The notes beneath the pieces are model-generated. The model had not been told where the DNA came from, searched no databases, and worked only from the letters and a program-made list of their open reading frames with translations. Made by a program: the position numbers and the translations under genes. From Pyrinomonadaceae bacterium (GTDB lineage: Bacteria > Acidobacteriota > Blastocatellia > Pyrinomonadales > Pyrinomonadaceae), in the NCBI GenBank assembly GCA_046313635.1, contig JBKBYA010000002.1, positions 384,001 through 448,000 on the forward strand: a DNA stretch of 64,000 bases. The letters run 5' to 3'. Numbering within the stretch: position 1 is the stretch's first letter; each line of letters opens with the position of its first letter. Below, piece by piece: positions 1 to 10,600 of the stretch.

Positions 1-166
1 TCTTGGACTCGCGGGCCGTATTCGGCAGGAACTGGTCAAAGATCGGCACGAGCAGAGCACCCGTCGCCGTCTCGAATACCGCGACGAGGACCATCGCGAC
101 GATAGCGAGGACGAATGTCAGCCAGTGCGGTCTGACATATTTGAGCAATCGTCGGAAGTCGTTCAT
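1..166 (-). CDS. ABC transporter permease/ATPase, MsbA-like N-terminus (runs off the window)
   Basis: Hand translation from ATG at 166: MNDFRRLLKYVRPHWLTFVLAIVAMVLVAVFETATGALLVPIFDQFLP..., the typical elbow helix plus TM1 of ABC exporters; not in the ORF track. Confidence 0.7.
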   Translation of the reverse strand, partial: MNDFRRLLKYVRPHWLTFVLAIVAMVLVAVFETATGALLVPIFDQFLPNTARESK

Positions 167-291
167 CGCGCGTCGAAGAAGGTTGAATATACTTTACGAG
201 CCGACCCAAGTCCAAACACTTGATTTTGCAACTCGCGTCCCGGATGTGGCATCTTTTTTTCAGAACTTACCGGCCCTTTCGGAGATCAAAT

Positions 292-1839
292 ATGAAAAAA
301 CTGAACGCTTTTTTCCTTTCGCTGGGACTGCTTTTGTTCGTTTCGGCCGCCGCGGCGCACGCGCAGGTCGACGTGGCGCGAAAGACGACGGCCATCACGT
401 ACCCGCTGGATGAGGTCGTGATGGTGCCGTTTCGGGGCACGACGCGATTTCCGAGGATGAAGGGCGAGGCAAAGGTGAAACGCACGAGCCGCAACGGTAC
501 AGAGATCGAACTTTCGGTGTCGAAGATGCCGCGGCCCTTTGAGCTCGGAGCGGGATATGCGACGTACGTCCTGTGGGCCGTCTCGCCCGACGGGCAGGTG
601 GACAATCTCGGCGAGATCAAGCGTCGCGGGTTCTTTGAGTTTGACTCCAGGATCAGCGTGACGACGCCGCTGCAGACCTTTGCGCTGATCATCACGGCCG
701 AGCCGCACTTTCTCGTCCGGCGGCCGAGCCAGGCGATCATGCTCGAGAATGTAAATCCGTACACGACGAGCGGCAAGACCGTTTCGACGTCGGCGGCAGT
801 GCAGTACTTCGGCAACTCGAGCGATTACTTTCGCGACCCGCGAACGCCTGAGATCGCGGAGATAGATTATTCAAAGACGCCTTCGACGATCCTGCAGGCC
901 AAGCAGGCCGTCGCGCTTGCACGGTATGCCGGAGCCGAGCGCGACGCTCCGGAAGAACTCCGCTCGGCCGAGAGTTTGCTGAAGAATGCCGAAGACGCTT
1001 GGCGCGCCGGCCGCGCCGAAGAGAACGTGGACATCACCGCGCGTCAGGCGGTGAGCGCCGCGGTCAAGGCCGAGTCGACCGCGCTAGTACGCAAAGAGGC
1101 CCGCGATAAGCGCAATGAAAAGCTCCGCTCCGATGAAGAGATCCGAAAGGCCGAGGACCGATACGTCGAGGCGCAGAATCAGATCGCGGAGCTCCGCCAG
1201 GCGCTTGCCGACGAGACACGCACACGCGAGCTCAGCGAGCGCGACAAGGCGAACTACTTTGCCCAGATCAGAGAGCTGCAGAACGAGAATGCGCGGCTCC
1301 GCGACGAGCTCGTCAAGGCAAGGGCCGACGCTGACGCGGCAAGGGCCCGCGTCGCGACGCTCGAGGGCGAGAACCGCGCCGTCCGCAGCGAGGCCGAAAG
1401 GCAGGAGCGGGCCTATCGCCTGCAGGCAAACGAGCCGTCGGTCATCGCCGCGCTCAAGAGCGTCGGGGCCGTCGTCAAGAATGAACGCGGCATCGTCGTG
1501 ACGCTGCCCGAGAATATGTGGTCGGGAATTCGCTCGGCGGCCTTTGGCCCATCGGCCGATCCGCGGATCACCGCCGTCGCCAACGTTCTCCTCGGCAACG
1601 CCGATTACGCCGTGACGATCGAGTCGCACACCGACGCCGGCGGCCCGCCCGAAGAGATGCATAATCTGACTTCGCAAAGAGCCGGAGCCATCGCCGCTCG
1701 TCTGCGCGATCTGGGGATCGACGAGACAAGGATCAGGGCCGCGGGACTCGGAGCATCGCTGCCGGTCGCGCCGAATACGACCAATGCAAACCGCGCAAAG
1801 AATCGCCGCGTACAGATCATCCTGACGCCGACGATCTAG
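292..1839 (+). CDS. OmpA-family peptidoglycan-binding protein (signal peptide, coiled coil, C-terminal OmpA-like domain)
   Basis: GGAG RBS at 281, ATG 292; signal peptide MKKLNAFFLSLGLLLFVSAAAAHA; C-terminal IESHTD...QRA...NRAKNRRVQI motifs. Confidence 0.85.
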   Translation: MKKLNAFFLSLGLLLFVSAAAAHAQVDVARKTTAITYPLDEVVMVPFRGTTRFPRMKGEAKVKRTSRNGTEIELSVSKMPRPFELGAGYATYVLWAVSPDGQVDNLGEIKRRGFFEFDSRISVTTPLQTFALIITAEPHFLVRRPSQAIMLENVNPYTTSGKTVSTSAAVQYFGNSSDYFRDPRTPEIAEIDYSKTPSTILQAKQAVALARYAGAERDAPEELRSAESLLKNAEDAWRAGRAEENVDITARQAVSAAVKAESTALVRKEARDKRNEKLRSDEEIRKAEDRYVEAQNQIAELRQALADETRTRELSERDKANYFAQIRELQNENARLRDELVKARADADAARARVATLEGENRAVRSEAERQERAYRLQANEPSVIAALKSVGAVVKNERGIVVTLPENMWSGIRSAAFGPSADPRITAVANVLLGNADYAVTIESHTDAGGPPEEMHNLTSQRAGAIAARLRDLGIDETRIRAAGLGASLPVAPNTTNANRAKNRRVQIILTPTI

Positions 1840-1871
1840 GCCGGCGAATCAAACTTCAAAAGAAGAAGGGT

Positions 1872-1993
1872 CTGTCGAGAAAGCCGTTTCGAAAAAAGGG
1901 ATAACTATCCACTATCCGCTATTAACTACCCACTGGATCATTCAGTGTGTAGTTGATAGCGGATGGTCGCGCTGGCCGGGGCTTCTCGCACAG
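1872..1993. repeat. Long hairpin built from heptamer repeats between convergent genes
   Basis: ACTATCC-like heptamers at 1904-1931; arm 1911-1937 pairs with 1941-1967 (27 bp, one mismatch, G-U pairs); weaker outer stem 1872-1885/1980-1993. Confidence 0.8.
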
Positions 1994-2000
1994 CCGCTTT

Positions 2001-2930
2001 TTACGTTCGCAAAACGTGGATGCGGTCGGGCGGCAGACCGAGCATGCACTCAACGCCGGGAGTAAGGCCGACGACACGGAAGACACGCGCCTCGAGAGCG
2101 AGGCCGCCGGCGTCGAACGAGACCAGCGTCGTCGCACCGAGCGGACGGATCGCGGTGACGACGGCGCGGAGGAGATTGTCCTCTGGGAACGACGCGCCGA
2201 ATGAGATCGAGATGTCCTCGGGTCTGATCGCGAGCGAGACGTTTTGATTGATGGCGCCGAGGCGGGCGATATCGGCCCGCTGCGTGAAGAGCCTATGCTC
2301 GCCGGTGATCGTGACGAATTCGGGCTGTTCGGCCTTGCTCGAGGTCAGACGGCGAGCGGCAAAGATATTGTTGCGGCCGGTGAGACGCGCGACGGCCGTC
2401 GTCTCGGGATTTTCGTACACGTCCTGCGGTCGTCCAGACTGCGCGACCTCGCCATTCGCGATGACAAATACCTTGTCGCACGCGAAGCAAAGCGTTTCGA
2501 AGTCGCTCGAGGCGATGATGACCGTGCGGGCTCCCGCAGCCGTCGACGAGCGCAGCCGATCTATCCAGTCAAACCTCGATTGTTCGTCGCGGCCCGCGAA
2601 GGGCTCGTCGAGCAAAAGCGTGCCGGCCTCGCCGTCGAGCGCGGCCGCCAGCGCCGCGTCGTCAAGGCCCGGCCGCGCCGCATCATTTCTTAGAATCCGC
2701 TGCAGAAGCGAGAGCTTGGGCTGCCCGACCAGCCGCGCGCGTTCAAAGCCGCCGAGCACTCCCGTTGACGGGGTCTCGACACCGGCGAGTATGCGAAGGA
2801 GCGTCGTCTTGCCGCCGCCTCTCGCCGCCAGAATGCCGGCGACCTGTCCTTTTTCGATGTCGAGAGTGATGTCGCGAAAGACCCAGGTGTCGCCGTATCT
2901 CCGGGAAAGATTACGAGTCGTAAGCGGCAT
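2001..2930 (-). CDS. ABC ATPase-like protein with C-terminal TOBE domain (PotA/CysA-like, degenerate)
   Basis: GGGKTT Walker A, LLLDEPF Walker B, C-terminal AIRPEDI TOBE region; no LSGGQ signature. Confidence 0.8.
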   Translation of the reverse strand: MPLTTRNLSRRYGDTWVFRDITLDIEKGQVAGILAARGGGKTTLLRILAGVETPSTGVLGGFERARLVGQPKLSLLQRILRNDAARPGLDDAALAAALDGEAGTLLLDEPFAGRDEQSRFDWIDRLRSSTAAGARTVIIASSDFETLCFACDKVFVIANGEVAQSGRPQDVYENPETTAVARLTGRNNIFAARRLTSSKAEQPEFVTITGEHRLFTQRADIARLGAINQNVSLAIRPEDISISFGASFPEDNLLRAVVTAIRPLGATTLVSFDAGGLALEARVFRVVGLTPGVECMLGLPPDRIHVLRT

Positions 2931-3022
2931 AATTTAAGGAATTTGGAACACCATCGAGGCTGGGCCGTGCAAAGAAAAGTATGCTTTTGTCATCACATTA
3001 AAGCAAGTATACTGTCGACGCG

Positions 3023-3286
3023 ATGGCTGAGCAGAAAAAGTCTTTGAAACGCAAGATCATTCACGCCGGAGGCTGGCAGGTCGCCAAGCGCGCGGCAAAG
3101 ATGGTGCCCTTCGGCGGAACGGTGCTGGCGGTCGGCCTGGTCGGTCACGACATCCGAAAAAAAGGCGTCGTCAAGGGCGTGATAAATTCGGGCCTCGACG
3201 CGATCCCGGTGATCGGTCTCGCCAAGAATGCGGTCGAGCTTTTTACCGGCGACTTTTTGCCAGACAAGACGCCGAAAAAGAAATAG
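3023..3286 (+). CDS. Small basic hypothetical protein
   Basis: 87-aa ORF with ATG start in an operon-like position; LDAIPVIG amphipathic segment. Confidence 0.7.
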   Translation: MAEQKKSLKRKIIHAGGWQVAKRAAKMVPFGGTVLAVGLVGHDIRKKGVVKGVINSGLDAIPVIGLAKNAVELFTGDFLPDKTPKKK

Positions 3287-3289
3287 GCG

Positions 3290-4036
3290 GTGAAAATGTT
3301 CAGAGCTTTAAGATTCAACACCCTCACGCTGGTCTCGCTCGCCGCGCTCGCGACGCTAGTGAGCCTGCCGGCCGACGCGCAGACCCGTAAAAAGAAGCGG
3401 ACCAAGCGTGCGACCGCCAACGTCGTCACAACGCTCCCGACGCCGCCGGCAGGCGACGCGAGCGTCGTCAGCCGAGCTGACGAATATCAGGAGAACTCGG
3501 TCATCGTCGACCCGTCGGCGCAGCCCGCGGGCGCGGCGAGTACCGTCTCGCCGACCGACGATGCGAACGCGCGGCGGATCAAGGACATTCAATCGCGCGT
3601 CAAGCGGCTCGAGTCAGCCAAGCCGAGCGACGAGGCCGAGCGGCAGCGGGCGCTCGCGGCCAATCTCGACATTTTGACCAAGGCCGAGCAGAGGGCCGAG
3701 TCGATGAGACGGCAGCGGTTTGAGCTGATCGAGAAACAGAACGCCATTCAGTCGCGGCTTGATCAGATAGAGATCGACATTCGCCCGGAAATGATCGAGC
3801 GGCAAGCCGCGATGGCCGGCTCGCTGCGGCCCGAGGAGCTCCGGGAGGCGCGCCGGCGGAGCCTCGAATCGGAGCGGCGAAACCTGCAGACGCTGCTTAC
3901 CGACATCACGGCCGCGCGCGCGAAGCTGGAACTCAACCTCCAACGCGCCGAGGCTCTCGTGGACAAGCTCCGCGATAAGCTCGACGTCGAGATCGACGCG
4001 GCGATCGAGCCGGCAAAAAAGCCCGACGAACAATAG
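3290..4036 (+). CDS. Secreted coiled-coil hypothetical protein
   Basis: Signal peptide ending in ADA/Q followed by a long heptad-rich helical region. Confidence 0.75.
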   Translation: MKMFRALRFNTLTLVSLAALATLVSLPADAQTRKKKRTKRATANVVTTLPTPPAGDASVVSRADEYQENSVIVDPSAQPAGAASTVSPTDDANARRIKDIQSRVKRLESAKPSDEAERQRALAANLDILTKAEQRAESMRRQRFELIEKQNAIQSRLDQIEIDIRPEMIERQAAMAGSLRPEELREARRRSLESERRNLQTLLTDITAARAKLELNLQRAEALVDKLRDKLDVEIDAAIEPAKKPDEQ

Positions 4037-4147
4037 TCACCGACAATTCCGATCCACGTGCAAGCGGCCGGTCGTCCGGCCGTTCCGCTTTACGGATACA
4101 CAATGTCGCGGCTCCCGCGGCGTCAATTCGTCAAAGAGGAGATTGCA

Positions 4148-6403
4148 ATGAGGATACGAGCTTTTTTATTCGTCTCGGCGGCCCTTTTGGCCGCGTTCGT
4201 CTTTTGTCAGCGAACACCCGCGCAGGGCGTGATCGTGCCGATCATCTGCGACGTACGGCCGTGCCGTCCGGTCCCTCGTCCGGTCCCGCTGCCAAACGTG
4301 CTGCCGGTCAAGTCGATCAAGATCGACGTCAAGATCGACGGCCAGGTCGCCACGACCCACGTCGAGCAGGTCTTTAGGAACGACACGCCGCACACGCTCG
4401 AGGGAACGTACTTTTTCCCGATAGCCGAGTCGGCCTCGATCTCGAGCTTCGCGATCTGGGAGAACGGCAAGCGTCTCAGCGGCGAGGTGCGCTCGCGCGA
4501 CGAGGCTCGTCGGATCTACGACGAGATCGTTCGCCGCCAGCGCGACCCGGGCCTGCTCGAGTACGCGGGCAAAGATCTGTTTCAGGCGTCGATCTTTCCG
4601 ATCCCTCCAAATTCTGACAAAAAGCTCGAGCTGACCTACACGCAGGTGCTCAAGGTCGAGTCCGGAACGGCGGCCTACAGGTACCCGCTCGGCACCGGGC
4701 GAAACCTCTGGACGCCGCGGCCCGAGCCTCTGGCGGCAAACCCTCGCGGACAGGGTAACGCGCAGCAGTTCGGGACGGTATCCGGCCGCGTGGAGGTCGC
4801 GGCGCGCGAGCCGCTCCGCAATATCTATTCGCCGTCTCACGCGATCGACGTCAAGAAAAAGGGGGAGACCTCGGCCGTCGTGACGTTTGAGACGAGCAGC
4901 AGCGACAGCGACTTCGAACTCTTTTACGGCTTGTCGGACAAAGACGTCGGGATGTCTCTGCTGACCTACCGCGAACCCGGAAAGGACGGTTACTTTCTGC
5001 TGATGATCTCGCCTCGCGACACGCTGTCGGACCGCGAGCTCGAGAACAAGGACATCGTTTTCGTCATCGACACGAGCGGCTCGATGGCAGACGAAGGCAA
5101 GATGGACAAGGCGCGCTCGGCGCTGCTCTTCGGCATCCGGTCGCTGCGCGAGGGCGATCGCTTTAACGTCATCAGCTTTGCCGGCGAAGAGCGTCTGATG
5201 GAGCGCCGGCCGATCGCGGCGGACGCGGCGGGCAAGCGTCGCGGCGAAGAGTTTGTCAACGCGCTCCGGCCGAGCGGCGGCACGAATATCAACGATTCGC
5301 TCGTGGCCTCGCTCAAGCAGTTCGGATCAGATCGCGGCGGCCGGCCGAAGATGCTCGTCTTTATGACCGACGGGCTGCCGACCGTCGGCGAGGCGAATAT
5401 CGACAAGATCGTCGCCAACGTGCGCGCGGCCAGGAGCGCGGGAATTCGCGTCTTTCCGTTCGGCTTCGGTTACGACGTCAACACCGCACTCCTTGACCGG
5501 CTCGGTTCGGAGAACGACGGCGTCTCGGATTACGTGCAGCCTAAAGAGGACCTCGAGATCAAGGTCTCAAACTTCTTCTCGCGCGTCAGCTCGCCCGTGC
5601 TCTCCGACATCGAGCTCGACTTTGGCCGGGCCGAGACCGATCTCACATACCCGCGAAAGGTGAGCAATCTGTTTCGCGGCGGGCAGATCGCGATCATCGG
5701 GCGATACAAGAATTCGTCCGACATCCGCGACATGGCGATCACCGTGAGAGGCCGATCGGCCGGCGAAGTGCGGAGCTTTGCATTCGGTGACGCCGACTTT
5801 CCGCTGCAGAGCGGCGAGAACGCATTCCTCCCGCGTCTGTGGGCATCGCGTCGCGTCGGCTGGCTGATCGAGCAGATCCGCCTCAACGGCGAAACAAAAG
5901 AGCTGCGAGACGAGGTCACCGAGCTCGGCACGCGCTACGGCATCGTCACGCCGTACACGTCGTATCTCGCGACGGACGGCAGCTTCCGCCAGGCGGACCG
6001 CGCATCGATGGACGCCGTGCTGCTGGCACCCGCGGCTAAGGCAGTGCGCGCTCAGAGCGGAGCCGGAGCGGTGCAGATGAGCATTCAGCAAAACTCGATG
6101 CAATCGAATATGCGCGTCGCCGCCGAGGCCGCCAAAAAGGACGCCGGCGAGGAGATCCTGATCCGCAACAGCCAGCAGACGCAGTTTGTCGGGAACAAGA
6201 ATTTCCAGAATCAAAACAACGTCTGGGTCGACGTCGAGTATTCGGACAAGACAAAGCTGCCCGAGCGCAAGCTGCAGTTCCTGAGCGCCGAGTACCTCGA
6301 TCTCGTCCGCCGTGAGCCGGCACTCGCCCAATATCTCTCGCTGGGCGAAGAAGTGGTCCTCGTCTGGAAAGATACGGTCTATCGCATCACGAATCGGCCG
6401 TAG
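4148..6403 (+). CDS. Secreted VIT + vWA domain protein (inter-alpha-trypsin inhibitor-like)
   Basis: GAGGA RBS before ATG 4148; VIT region (EQVFRN...EGTYFFP); MIDAS DTSGSM, GGTNI, MTDG; YGIVTPYTSYL. Confidence 0.9.
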   Translation: MRIRAFLFVSAALLAAFVFCQRTPAQGVIVPIICDVRPCRPVPRPVPLPNVLPVKSIKIDVKIDGQVATTHVEQVFRNDTPHTLEGTYFFPIAESASISSFAIWENGKRLSGEVRSRDEARRIYDEIVRRQRDPGLLEYAGKDLFQASIFPIPPNSDKKLELTYTQVLKVESGTAAYRYPLGTGRNLWTPRPEPLAANPRGQGNAQQFGTVSGRVEVAAREPLRNIYSPSHAIDVKKKGETSAVVTFETSSSDSDFELFYGLSDKDVGMSLLTYREPGKDGYFLLMISPRDTLSDRELENKDIVFVIDTSGSMADEGKMDKARSALLFGIRSLREGDRFNVISFAGEERLMERRPIAADAAGKRRGEEFVNALRPSGGTNINDSLVASLKQFGSDRGGRPKMLVFMTDGLPTVGEANIDKIVANVRAARSAGIRVFPFGFGYDVNTALLDRLGSENDGVSDYVQPKEDLEIKVSNFFSRVSSPVLSDIELDFGRAETDLTYPRKVSNLFRGGQIAIIGRYKNSSDIRDMAITVRGRSAGEVRSFAFGDADFPLQSGENAFLPRLWASRRVGWLIEQIRLNGETKELRDEVTELGTRYGIVTPYTSYLATDGSFRQADRASMDAVLLAPAAKAVRAQSGAGAVQMSIQQNSMQSNMRVAAEAAKKDAGEEILIRNSQQTQFVGNKNFQNQNNVWVDVEYSDKTKLPERKLQFLSAEYLDLVRREPALAQYLSLGEEVVLVWKDTVYRITNRP

Positions 6404-6500
6404 CCGGTCAGGCGTGCGTTAGGCGAGGGTGATTTTTCTCGATCGTGCGGTTATTCTATCGAGAAATATCACCCTCTGTTTTTGGAGTCGGAACGCCGTC

Positions 6501-7463
6501 ATGAAGAGCATAATTTCGATGATCTCGCTTCTGTTCTTTGCGGCCGGGCCCGCCGCCGCGCAGTCCGCCTGGGCGCCGTCAAAGGCGCCCACAAATGCCG
6601 ATCTGGTGGCCGTCTATTTCACCTCGTCAAAGACCGGCTGGGTCGCCGGTGACGGCGGATACCTGGCTGCGACCGGCGACGGCGGCCGCACCTGGGTTCG
6701 ACAGGCGATCTCGACGACCGAGAACATCAACGAGATCTACTTTCGCAACGACGACAACGGGTATCTGGTCGCCGGTACAAAGCTCTTTATCACGCGAGAC
6801 GGCGGCCGCTCGTGGGTCGAGACACGCATCCACGATCCCCGAGAATTCGGCGGTGCGACGCCGGAATTCTTGAGCATCCGTTTTGCCGACAAGAAGCGCG
6901 GCCTCGCGATCGGCTCGCTTTTGAACGCAAAGGGCGACGTCGTCGACTCGCTCGTGATGCGCACGGTCGACGGCGGCGAGACCTGGAAGCGTGTGCGTGT
7001 GCCGTCGCGGCTCGAGCTGTTTCATCTGGACTTTAACGGCAGCGACCGCGCCTGGATCGTCGGCGACCAGGGGCTGATCCTCGCCACCGCCGACAGCGGG
7101 GCCACGTGGCGTGTGCAGCCGAGCGGAACGACCGCCGCGCTCTTTAACGTCGACTTCAGGGATGACGAAGAGGGATATGCGGTCGGCGAGACCGGCACGA
7201 TCCTGCGGACCGACAACGGCGGATCGAGATGGGAAAAGGTCAAGACCGCCTGGCGCGACACGCTGATGCGGGTCGATTTTGCCGACGACAAGAACGGCTG
7301 GGCCGTCGGCCACCGCGGAACCATCTTGCGAAGCTCGGACAGGGGCCGGAGCTGGGTGCGGCAGGAGAGCCGCACGACCGCAAACCTTTACGGGCTCTTC
7401 CTGACCAAAAAGTTCGGATTTGCCGTCGGAGCGGACGGCACGCTCGTCAACTATTTAAAATAA
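6501..7463 (+). CDS. YCF48-like / BNR-repeat beta-propeller protein
   Basis: Signal peptide; repeated F...GWxVGxxGTILRTxDGGxTW units. Confidence 0.9.
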   Translation: MKSIISMISLLFFAAGPAAAQSAWAPSKAPTNADLVAVYFTSSKTGWVAGDGGYLAATGDGGRTWVRQAISTTENINEIYFRNDDNGYLVAGTKLFITRDGGRSWVETRIHDPREFGGATPEFLSIRFADKKRGLAIGSLLNAKGDVVDSLVMRTVDGGETWKRVRVPSRLELFHLDFNGSDRAWIVGDQGLILATADSGATWRVQPSGTTAALFNVDFRDDEEGYAVGETGTILRTDNGGSRWEKVKTAWRDTLMRVDFADDKNGWAVGHRGTILRSSDRGRSWVRQESRTTANLYGLFLTKKFGFAVGADGTLVNYLK

Positions 7464-7492
7464 AGGCAAAACAAAAACGACCTGTATCCCAG

Positions 7493-7523
7493 GGTTAACA
7501 CTTTTGTTAACCTGTGCTATCGT
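7493..7523 (+). promoter_or_regulatory. Palindromic operator GGTTAACA-N4-TGTTAACC overlapping a putative sigma70 promoter
   Basis: Perfect 8-bp inverted repeat at 7493-7512; -35 TTAACA (7495-7500), 17-bp spacer, TG-extended -10 TATCGT (7518-7523). Confidence 0.55.
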
Positions 7524-7602
7524 ACATCACAATTCCTAACCCATAATCCTTCGGTCGATAAGGATTCGTTATACATAAACCTAACCTTTTGGAGGAGTGA
7601 TG

Positions 7603-10600
7603 ATGAGTAAAAGACCACTTGCATTCGCGTCGGCCGTGATAGCGCTGATGTGTTTGCTGGCAGTATCGTCCTTCGCGCAGGGCACGACCTCGCGCGTAAC
7701 AGGTACGGTCACAGATACGTCAGGAGCGGCGGTTGCCGGCGTTACCGTCTCGCTGACCAGAGAAGGCGTCGCTACGCCCTTGACGACGCAGACCGGCGAC
7801 GACGGACTCTTCGTCTTCGACCTCGTGCAGCCGGGAACGTACACATTGACATTCGAAAAGGCGGGCTTCAAAAAACTCGTTTCGTCGAATAACCAGGTTC
7901 TCGTCAATCAGCCCGCGACGATCAACGCCGCTCTCGAGGTCGGCAGCGTCGAAGCTGTGGTAAACGTCGAGTCCACCGCCGAACAGGTTCAGACCGGAAC
8001 GTCCGGCAACGTCGGCTCGACCATCGAGCAACGCTCGCTCGAGGCACTGCCGATCGTCGGTTTGCGCGGCCGCAATCCGCTGGATCTGCTCAATTATCAG
8101 CCGGGCGTGGTCGTCGGCGCTAATACCGGAGGCGGCGTCCACGTGAACGGCTCGCGCGATCGCGCATTTAACTTCACGCTCGACGGCATCGACATCAACG
8201 AGTCGACGGCCGGCGGATCTAACTTTACGCCGCTCAGGCCAAATCCCGACTCGGTCCAGGAATTTCAGATCGTGACAAGCAACGCGACCGCGGAGCTCGG
8301 CCGCAGCAGCGGTGCACAGGTTACATTCGTCACGCGATCGGGCACGAACGAGTATCACGGCAACATCTTTGAGTACTACCAGACGCCGGACTTCAACGCG
8401 AACGAATGGGAAAGCAATCTCAACGGCATTCGCCGCCGGCAGTTCGTGCAGCATATCTACGGCTTTAGTCTCGGCGGCCCGGTGCCGACGCTCGGCTTTG
8501 GCGAGGGGACGCCTTTCTTTAAGCCGCTGCGCGACAAGGCATTCTTCTTTATCAACTACCAGCGGCTTTACGCGACGGAGAGCAGGCTGGTGCAGCGAAC
8601 CGTTTACACGGACCTCGCGCGTCAGGGGATCTTTCGCTATGTAGTCGGACAGCGAAATTCGCCCGCGGGCTCCGGCGCGACCGCGTCGGTCGACGCGGCC
8701 GGCAACCCGCTTTATCCGGCGTGCAGTTCAACCGTGACGACCAACTGCATCCGTACCTACGACGCGCGTACGGGCCCGATCAGTTTTGACCCGCTCGTCT
8801 CCGGGATCATCCGAAGCTACCCGCTGCCGAATGATTTCTCGCGGGGCGACGGTCTGAACATCGCGGGCTATAACTTCAACGCTCCGCAGCTCGAGAAGCA
8901 GTGGGACCTCGTGATGCGCTTTGACTACGCGATCAACAGCAAGAATCACGTCTATTTCCGCTACGCAGAGGGCGAGCAGAATACGATCGGCGACTCCGCC
9001 AACGGCGGCCTCCAAGCGTTTCCGGGCTTTCCGAATCTGGTCGACACTTTCCGGCGGCCCAAGAACTACGCGCTCAACTACCGCTGGTCGCCGACCGCCA
9101 AGTTCACCAACGAGGCGATCTTTGGCCTCAGCCGTTTCCGATTCAAATTCGCAACGCCGGAAGTTCACCCCGAAGTTCCGTTCGTGCTGAACACGATCAA
9201 CGACGCGTACACAAACTTTGCCTACAACGCACGCGCGGCGCGGACGTTCCAGTTCGTCGACAACGTGACGATGGACTTTTCGCCGCACATCATCAAGGCG
9301 GGCATCAACTTCCGTTTCGGCCGTCAGTTTGACGACCGCTCGAGCGCGGGCGGTTCGATCGAGCCGGCGGTCGGATTCGGTGCCGGGTCGAGCGATTTCT
9401 CGGCATGGGCGCTGCCGACCGCGGGGTCGACCTCGATCAACTCTACCGACCTGACAAATCTGCGTTCGCTGATAAACAACATGATCGGCCGCATCGGCAG
9501 CTACAGCCAGGGATTTGTCGTGGACCCGAGGAACCCGAACGCGTGGGCGCCGGCCGGCACGCGCTGGAATTGGTACGCCTACTATCCTGAATACGACTTT
9601 TACGTTCAGGACACGTGGCGGCTCAAGCCGAATTTTGTTCTGGATCTCGGACTGCGATACGAGGTGAAGCTCAGTCCTTCGTCCAAAGACCTTCCGATCC
9701 TCAGAGCGAATCAAAACTTCGTGATCGGAGCTCCCCCGTCGAACACGCTTCGTTGGGAAGAGGGCAAGATCTTCCCGAACGACTTTAACAACTTCGGTCC
9801 ATCGGTCGGTTTTGCGTGGGACCCGTTCAAGAACGGCAAGACCTCGATCAGGGCGAATTATCGCCTTTCGTACGACCGATTCCCGTCGCAGGTGTTTGCC
9901 AACAGCATCTTCCAAAGCGCGCCGGGCAACACTTTTTCGGCGTCGGCGAGCGGCATCGCGCAGCAGAACCTTTTGCTGCGAAACGGCCTGCCGAATCTTT
10001 TCCCGTCGCAGACTCCCGACCAGCTCCGGCAGCCGCCGGCATTCTCGACGAGCAGCATCACGGTGGTCGCTCCTGACACGCAGTACCCCGAGATCCATCA
10101 GTGGTTCGCGGGCATCCAGCGAGAGATCTGGGGCGGCAACGTGGTCGAGGTCGACTATATCGGCAAAAAGGGACTTCACCTTTTTGGCGGGTATGACGCG
10201 AACCAGGTCAACATCTTCGCTTCAGACCCGCGCTGCCCGGGACAGACCTTTCTGGACGCGTTCATTCTTGCTCGCAATGACACGTCTTCAAGCCCTTGCC
10301 TGATCAATCTGCTCTTCACAGGCAGTCCGACCAACACCGCGGGGACGACGACATTCCGCGGGATCGCAGCGATCCAGTCGACGCTCGCCCTGACAAACAC
10401 TGGCGGCAGCGTCGCGACGGCGGCGCAGGTCGTCTCGCAGCGGACCTCAGGCACCAGCCAGATGATCGCCACGACGATCGGCAATCCGTTCTTTTTCCAG
10501 AAGTACCCGCAGTTCACCGGTGCGCTCAATGTGCTCGACAGTAACGACTACTCGTTCTATAACGGGCTCGAGTTCATCATCAAACGGCGTATGAAGAACG

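Noticed and set aside
6501..7463. YCF48 as evidence of photosynthesis
   Set aside because: Generic BNR propeller; no photosynthesis genes nearby
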